Shown here piece after piece: positions 58,031 through 63,491 of a stretch of DNA of 63,491 nt. Location of the stretch: positions 1-63,491 of the forward strand of contig JBEBGW010000001.1 in NCBI GenBank assembly GCA_040081025.1, written 5' to 3'. The position numbers and the translations under genes were made by a program. This stretch comes from Pyrinomonadaceae bacterium (GTDB lineage Bacteria; Acidobacteriota; Blastocatellia; Pyrinomonadales; Pyrinomonadaceae). Each line of letters begins with the position of its first letter. The first letter of the stretch is position 1. The notes beneath the pieces are model-generated. The model saw nothing but the letters and a program-made list of their open reading frames with translations, did no database searches and was not told the DNA's origin.

Positions 58031-59398
58031 ATGTTTGAGATCGAACCCCGCGATCGTGAAGAATTGTCCGATGTTCGCGGATTCGTTGAGCTCGTTTCGA
58101 CGGGAGCGGGCGGGTTCTCAGGAGATCGCGACATATGGGTCGCACGAGCGCCGGGGCGATTGGATGTAATGGGCGGCATCGCCGATTATTCTGGTTCGCT
58201 GGTTCTTCCGATGCCGATCGCGGAAGCCTGCTTAGCGGGTGTTCAGCGATCGACGGACGGCATTGTCCGCATCGTGAGCGTTGGTGAAGAGCGGCTGCAT
58301 TCCTTCGAGATAGCGGCGGAACGCCTTAGCGAGCTCTTTGATCGCCGTCATCGTGGAAAATGGTATTCATACATCGCGGGTGTTTTCGCGGTCCTCGCAG
58401 ATACGAAAGGTGCTGACTTTTCGAAAGGGGTGCGAGTTCTGGTTCGATCCGATGTCCCGATCGGAAAAGGAGTCAGTTCGTCAGCGTCGCTTGAGGTCAG
58501 CGTGATGAATGCCGTCTGTGCGGCGTTCGGTATCGATATCGAGCCGAGAGAACTCGCGATCCTTTGTCAGCGTGTCGAGAACACGATAGTCGGAGCGGCG
58601 TGCGGCTTGATGGATCAGGTCGCGTCGAATTGCGGCGTCGAAGGTTCGATGTTGTCGCTGGTTTGCCAGTCGGCTGAGATCGGTGAGCCGTTGAAGATCC
58701 CGGACGGGCTGGACGTTTGGGGAATCGATTCCGGTGTTCGGCATTCTGTGTCGGGTTCGGACTATAGCTCTGTCCGGGCGGCGACCTTCATGGGTTATCG
58801 AATGTTACCGAATGCGGCGGGAAACGTCGCGAACTGGAACGGATATCTGGCGAATGTTTCGATCGAAGAGTACGAGTCGTCGTTGGGCGAGGATCTGCCG
58901 GAATCCATGACGGGCGGAGAGTTTCTGGAACGATTTCAGGAACATAACGACACGGTGACGACGATCGATCCAGACACGGCCTACGCCATTCGTGCCTGCG
59001 CCGAACACGCGATCTATGAGAGCGCCCGAGTGAAAGAGTTTGCGAGTTTGCTGGTCCAGGCTTCGCAGCCCAACGTTTGCCAGCGATTGGGTGGCTTGAT
59101 GTTCGAGTCGCACGCGAGCTATCGACGCTGCGGGCTGACCGAAGACGGAACAGACCTGCTCGCATCTTTGGCTGCGGAGCGACGCTCGAATGGTGTTTAC
59201 GGAGCGCGGATAACAGGCGGCGGAAGCGGCGGGACAGTCGCAATCCTCGCAGACTCAAATGCGGGCGATGCAGTTGAAGAGATCGCAAGCGAGTATCAGC
59301 GACGGACGGGCAGGAATCCGAAGATCTTTCACGGATCGTCGCCGGGATGCCATAAGTACGGAGTCGTTCGGTTAGTCCCGAGCAGCCTGGGAAATTAA
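58031..59398 (+). CDS. GHMP-family sugar-1-kinase (galactokinase/arabinokinase-like)
   Basis: APGRLDVMGGIADYSGSLVLPMPI N-terminal signature, the GHMP motif PIGKGVSSSASLEV, and a C-terminal GGGSGGTV. Confidence 0.75.
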   Translation: MFEIEPRDREELSDVRGFVELVSTGAGGFSGDRDIWVARAPGRLDVMGGIADYSGSLVLPMPIAEACLAGVQRSTDGIVRIVSVGEERLHSFEIAAERLSELFDRRHRGKWYSYIAGVFAVLADTKGADFSKGVRVLVRSDVPIGKGVSSSASLEVSVMNAVCAAFGIDIEPRELAILCQRVENTIVGAACGLMDQVASNCGVEGSMLSLVCQSAEIGEPLKIPDGLDVWGIDSGVRHSVSGSDYSSVRAATFMGYRMLPNAAGNVANWNGYLANVSIEEYESSLGEDLPESMTGGEFLERFQEHNDTVTTIDPDTAYAIRACAEHAIYESARVKEFASLLVQASQPNVCQRLGGLMFESHASYRRCGLTEDGTDLLASLAAERRSNGVYGARITGGGSGGTVAILADSNAGDAVEEIASEYQRRTGRNPKIFHGSSPGCHKYGVVRLVPSSLGN

Positions 59399-59504
59399 GC
59401 TTGCTCAACGAGCGGAGTACGGGTTATAGTTCGTCTAATTCCGAACCGATCTCCGGTTTAAGTCTTTTAGCCGCTGCGTCCGCAGTCGAAAGTTTTGATG
59501 ATAG

Positions 59505-59524
59505 AAAAGCGGTTAACCGATCAA
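59505..59524. promoter_or_regulatory. Operator motif B, site 4 (AAAAGCGGTTAACCGATCAA; includes the perfect palindrome CGGTTAACCG)
   Basis: ~70 bp upstream of the ABC binding-protein gene. The core AAAAG-CG-GTTAA resembles the site at 39400. Confidence 0.35.
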
Positions 59525-59589
59525 TGGCGGCTAACGCTGCCGATCGGGTTCCGCGTCCATAATTCTTCGCAATCTTGAGGTTATAAAAT

Positions 59590-60540
59590 ATGAAACTGCG
59601 TCTTTCCGCATTCCTCGTTCTCTCTCTAACCGCGCTTGCGGGCATCGCGTGCCAGCAAGATACAACAAGAGCCGCGTTCGTGACGAATAACGCTTCGGAC
59701 TATTGGACGATCGCCCGGAAGGGCGTCGAAAAAGCGGATGGCGAACTGGCCGACGTGAGTGTTGAATTCAAGCTTCCAGGCGACGGAACGGCGGCTGAGC
59801 AGAAACGGATTATTGACGATCTCATCTCGACCGGTGTGAAGGCGATCGCGATCAGCCCGGTCGACCCGGACAACCAGACGCAGTTGATCAATGACACGGC
59901 GAAAAAAGCGCTCGTGCTTACCCAGGATTCGGACGCTCCAAACAGCGACCGTGCACTATACATCGGAACCGACAACGTTGCCGCAGGACGGCAGGCAGGC
60001 GAACTGATCAAGGAAGCATTACCCGAAGGCGGAAAGATCATGGTGTTCGTCGGCAAGAGCGACGCTCGAAATGCGGCGGAACGGCTGCAGGGAATCAAGG
60101 AAGCGTTGGCGGGCAGCAAGGTCGAGATCCTGGACATACGAACCGATGACACCGATCGCGCTCGAGCAAAGTCGAACGCAGCCGACACACTCGTGAAGCA
60201 CCCGGATGTCGCTGCACTTGTCGGGCTTTGGAGCTATAACGGACCCGCGATCTTGAACGCCGTGAAGGATGCCGGAAAGACCGGGCAGGTGAAGATCGTT
60301 TGCTTTGACGAAGAGGATGAAACTCTAGCGGGCGTAAAGGCTGGAGCGATCTTCGCGACGGTCGTGCAGCAGCCGTACGAGTTCGGATATCAATCGGTCA
60401 AGATAATGGCTCAGATCCTAAAGGGTGATAAATCTGCAATTCCTGCCAACAAACAGATCAACGTTCCTACCCTGGTCATCAAGAAGGACGGCGTGGATGC
60501 GTTCGTCAAGAAGGTCAACGAACTTCGCGGACGCAGCTAA
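59590..60540 (+). CDS. Sugar ABC transporter substrate-binding protein (RbsB-like)
   Basis: Signal peptide ending ...LAGIAC, followed by a type-I periplasmic binding fold. Confidence 0.85.
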   Translation: MKLRLSAFLVLSLTALAGIACQQDTTRAAFVTNNASDYWTIARKGVEKADGELADVSVEFKLPGDGTAAEQKRIIDDLISTGVKAIAISPVDPDNQTQLINDTAKKALVLTQDSDAPNSDRALYIGTDNVAAGRQAGELIKEALPEGGKIMVFVGKSDARNAAERLQGIKEALAGSKVEILDIRTDDTDRARAKSNAADTLVKHPDVAALVGLWSYNGPAILNAVKDAGKTGQVKIVCFDEEDETLAGVKAGAIFATVVQQPYEFGYQSVKIMAQILKGDKSAIPANKQINVPTLVIKKDGVDAFVKKVNELRGRS

Positions 60541-60551
60541 ACATTCGTTCA

Positions 60552-62048
60552 ATGGATCAACCCGCACTCCAAATGAAAGGCATCGCGAAGCGGTTCCCCG
60601 GCGTGGTCGCGCTCGATACCGTTCATCTTGAAGTCTGTACTGGCGAGGTCGTCGCTCTCGCCGGAGAGAACGGTGCGGGCAAGAGCACGCTGATGAAGAT
60701 CCTCGGCGGCGTCTATCAACCGGATGACGGCGAGATCCTGATCAACGGAGCCAGGATGCAGATCAAGTCTGTTGGGGACGCAAGCCGACTCGGTATCGGC
60801 TTCGTGCATCAGGAGCTGAACGTACTCGATAACCTTACGGTGGCGGACAACGTGCTTCTCGGGCGCGAGCCACGATTCGCCGGATACCTTATTGATCGCC
60901 GCCGTTTGAACGACGAAGCCGCTAAGCACCTAGCCCGCGTGGGGCTCGACGTTGCTCCCGAGACGCCGCTTTCGAAGCTCTCAATCGCACAACAGCAGCT
61001 CGTAGAGATCGCGAAGGCCCTTTCGCAAAACGCACGGATCTTAATTCTCGACGAACCGACCTCCAGCCTCACGCTGACTGAAACCGACTGTCTGCTCGCG
61101 ATCATCAAGGAACTTCGAAGCGAAGGCGTAAGCATCGTCTATATTTCGCACCGATTGGGTGAGATCGGTGAGATCGCTGATCGCGTGGTCGTGCTGCGAG
61201 ACGGTAAGAATGCCGGCATCCTACAGAAGGATCAGATCTCACACGACGCGATCGTCTCGCTGATGGTCGGGCGCGATATTCAGAAACGGGCTCGGGCCGC
61301 AGGGGTATCGGAGAACGCGATTGCCGTTGAGATCCGAGACCTACGGACATCGCGATTTCCAGAACGCCCGGTGTCGTTCGACGTTAGACAAGGTGAGATC
61401 CTCGGCGTTGCGGGCCTTGTGGGTTCGGGCCGGTCGGAGGCCGCCCAGGCCATCTTCGGAGTCGACCCAGCGCTTGGCGGAACCGTAACGGTTCGCGGAA
61501 AGTCGGTGCGCGTCGGGAATGTTCGCGAAGCTATTAACCGCGGCATATTTCTTGTCCCCGAAGACCGCCGCAATTCCGGCCTGATCGTCGACAGCCCGAT
61601 TCGTTTCAACATCACGCTGCCGTCGCTCGATCGGTTGTCATCGGGTGGATTGGTGAAGTCGAAAGCAGAGAAAGCGAAGGCTTCGGAGATGTGCGAACGG
61701 TTGAGGGTAAAAACCCCGAATACCGAAACGATCGCGAAGAATCTTAGCGGCGGAAATCAGCAGAAGGTCGTGTTGGCAAAGTGGCTCGCGCTCGAACCGA
61801 AGCTGATGATATTCGATGAGCCGACGCGCGGGATCGATGTCGGGGCAAAATCAGAGATCTACCAACTGATGCGCGATCTCGCTGCTACAGGCGTTTCGAT
61901 CCTGATGATCTCGAGCGATATGGAAGAGATCCTGAATGAAAGCGACCGGATCGCGGTGATGCACGAAGGCCGGATCACGGGTACGCTCGCGGCGAGCGAC
62001 GCGACCGAGGAGTCGGTGATGAAACTTGCGGTCGGAAGTGATAACTGA
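60552..62048 (+). CDS. Sugar ABC transporter ATP-binding protein (duplicated ABC cassette)
   Basis: Walker A GENGAGKST and signature LSGGNQQK. Confidence 0.9.
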   Translation: MDQPALQMKGIAKRFPGVVALDTVHLEVCTGEVVALAGENGAGKSTLMKILGGVYQPDDGEILINGARMQIKSVGDASRLGIGFVHQELNVLDNLTVADNVLLGREPRFAGYLIDRRRLNDEAAKHLARVGLDVAPETPLSKLSIAQQQLVEIAKALSQNARILILDEPTSSLTLTETDCLLAIIKELRSEGVSIVYISHRLGEIGEIADRVVVLRDGKNAGILQKDQISHDAIVSLMVGRDIQKRARAAGVSENAIAVEIRDLRTSRFPERPVSFDVRQGEILGVAGLVGSGRSEAAQAIFGVDPALGGTVTVRGKSVRVGNVREAINRGIFLVPEDRRNSGLIVDSPIRFNITLPSLDRLSSGGLVKSKAEKAKASEMCERLRVKTPNTETIAKNLSGGNQQKVVLAKWLALEPKLMIFDEPTRGIDVGAKSEIYQLMRDLAATGVSILMISSDMEEILNESDRIAVMHEGRITGTLAASDATEESVMKLAVGSDN

Positions 62049-62998
62049 TGCGAAAAGACCTTGGTACATTCGTATTGTTGGTAGTGCTCTGCGTCGTTCT
62101 CGCCGTGCTCAACCCGAGCTTCCTTGGCGGTGCGAATCTGCAGAATCTCGCCCGGCTGATAGGTATCTACGGCATCTTCAGCCTCGGCCTCGGGTTCGTG
62201 ATCATCACCGGCGGCATCGATCTTTCAGTCGGTTCGGTGTTCGCACTGCTCGGCGTTTTGCTGTCGATCTTTCTGGTTGATTGGCATTGGCCGGCGGCCC
62301 TCGCCGTTATCGCGATCGTCCTGATCGCCACAATGCTTGGGCTCATCAACGGCCTTCTCGTCACGAAAGTACGAGTGCAGCCCTTCATCGTTACGCTGTG
62401 CGGATTGTTGTTTTATCGCGGATTGGCGAGGTTCGTTGCGAGTGACGAGACTAAAGGCTTTGGAGCGGCCGACGGTTTCGAAACCCTTCAAACACTTGCC
62501 ACCGGAAGTCTGGTCGGAATTCCCACGCCTTTTGTGATCCTCGTCATTATCGCCGTGATCATGTGGGTTGTGCTTCACCGCTCGGTCTTCGGCCGATATC
62601 TTTTCGCTGTTGGTAAGAACGAAGTTGCCGCGAGGTACTCGGGTATCAACGCCGAGATGATAACCGCGAGTGCTTACGTGATCTGCGGCCTTACGACAGC
62701 GATCGCCGGCATCCTGCTGGCCTTCTATACAAACTCCGTCTCGCCGTCATCACACGGAAATTTCTATGAACTTTACGGGATCGCGGCGGCAGTACTGGGC
62801 GGCTGCAGCTTGCGCGGCGGCGAAGGTTCCGTGATCGGAATATTGATCGGAACGGCACTGCTTCAGGTACTCCAGAATCTTGTGAATCTGCTTGGCATTC
62901 CGAGTTCGCTGAACTTTGCGGTGATGGGAGCCGTCATCATGGCAGGCGTCGTTGTTGACCAGATCCTGCGGCAAAGAAAGGGCGAAGAAAAGAATTGA
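62048..62998 (+). CDS. Sugar ABC transporter permease (RbsC-like)
   Basis: 316 aa, multi-TM, with a TGGIDLSVGS motif. Confidence 0.85.
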   Translation: MRKDLGTFVLLVVLCVVLAVLNPSFLGGANLQNLARLIGIYGIFSLGLGFVIITGGIDLSVGSVFALLGVLLSIFLVDWHWPAALAVIAIVLIATMLGLINGLLVTKVRVQPFIVTLCGLLFYRGLARFVASDETKGFGAADGFETLQTLATGSLVGIPTPFVILVIIAVIMWVVLHRSVFGRYLFAVGKNEVAARYSGINAEMITASAYVICGLTTAIAGILLAFYTNSVSPSSHGNFYELYGIAAAVLGGCSLRGGEGSVIGILIGTALLQVLQNLVNLLGIPSSLNFAVMGAVIMAGVVVDQILRQRKGEEKN

Positions 62999-63008
62999 GG
63001 TTGTTGTG

Positions 63009-63491
63009 ATGTGGAGAAGAACCGGGGTTGGAGTGATCACTGTCGTTATCGCGGCGATCTTCACAGCAAATTTGCCGATCTCGTCATTCGGCCAGAAGAA
63101 GCCCGCGAGAAAGTACAACGTACTGTTCGTTATCGCGGACGATCTTCGGCCCGAGACCGGCTCGTATGGAAATCCGCTGATCAAGACGCCGAACATCGAC
63201 CGCATTGCCAAAGGTGCGACGAGATTTGACCGGGCCTACACGCAGTATCCGCTCTGCAATCCGTCGCGCACTTCGTTCCTTTCCGGGCGTTACCCGACGC
63301 AGCACAAGATCTATAACAGCAACGATTATTTTCGGCGCAAGTATCCGGATTGGGTAACGCTGCCACAGTATTTTCAGAAGCACGGTTATGCGACGCTGCG
63401 AAGCGGGAAGATCTTCCACGGCGGCATCGACGATCAGGGGTCGTGGACCGAGGGCGGCGAACCGACCGATCCCGCGATAACCGAGCGCGGT
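63009..63491 (+). CDS. Sulfatase (formylglycine type), 5' fragment running off the window
   Basis: Not in the ORF track because it has no stop within the window. ATG 63009 follows a GAGG. My own translation gives a signal peptide, then VLFVIADDLRPE...YPLCNPSRTSFLSGRYPT with the C-x-P-S-R sulfatase motif. Confidence 0.8.
   Translation, partial: MWRRTGVGVITVVIAAIFTANLPISSFGQKKPARKYNVLFVIADDLRPETGSYGNPLIKTPNIDRIAKGATRFDRAYTQYPLCNPSRTSFLSGRYPTQHKIYNSNDYFRRKYPDWVTLPQYFQKHGYATLRSGKIFHGGIDDQGSWTEGGEPTDPAITERG

Overview
This is a 63.5-kb window of moderately GC-rich bacterial DNA. The TonB-dependent receptors have CarboxypepD_reg-type N-termini and no SusD partners, which suggests an Acidobacteriota-like host (inference). 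Most of the window is carbohydrate catabolism, in three blocks. (i) 1.3-25.2 kb is a plus-strand uronate-polysaccharide utilisation locus: LacI and ROK regulators, two heparinase II/III-like lyases, an ExuT-like MFS transporter, an SDR, two TonB receptors, CE7-like and alpha/beta esterases, a 633-aa secreted unknown, a KdgF-like cupin, an alginate-lyase-fold protein, KduI and a GH105/88 hydrolase. (ii) 25.2-43.2 kb is a minus-strand rhamnose/rhamnogalacturonan block: LacI regulator, a rhamnose-type ABC transporter with a permease/binding-protein fusion, LutABC, a CE12-like esterase, RhaB, RhaI, RhaEW, galK with an in-frame TAG, galT and a SASA esterase. (iii) 52.8-63.5 kb holds a PL22-like lyase, a GH28 hydrolase, a second galT / IMPase-like / GHMP-kinase trio, a second sugar ABC transporter and a sulfatase fragment. 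Between (ii) and (iii) lies a ~9.5-kb lower-GC island (about 43.3-52.8 kb) with no sugar genes. It carries an orphan 167-aa gene with a truncated tandem relic, a translationally coupled DUF262 + HEPN-motif gene pair, and a tight vsr / two m5C methyltransferases / McrB-like / McrC-like operon (LlaJI/BsuMI-like architecture). About 570 bp of repeat-rich non-coding DNA follows. I recognised no rRNA, tRNA, CRISPR array, integrase or transposase. The most novel-looking element is the split DUF262/HEPN module and its linkage to the McrBC-type R-M operon. Two recurring operator-like palindrome families tie the sugar operons on both sides of the island into shared regulons.
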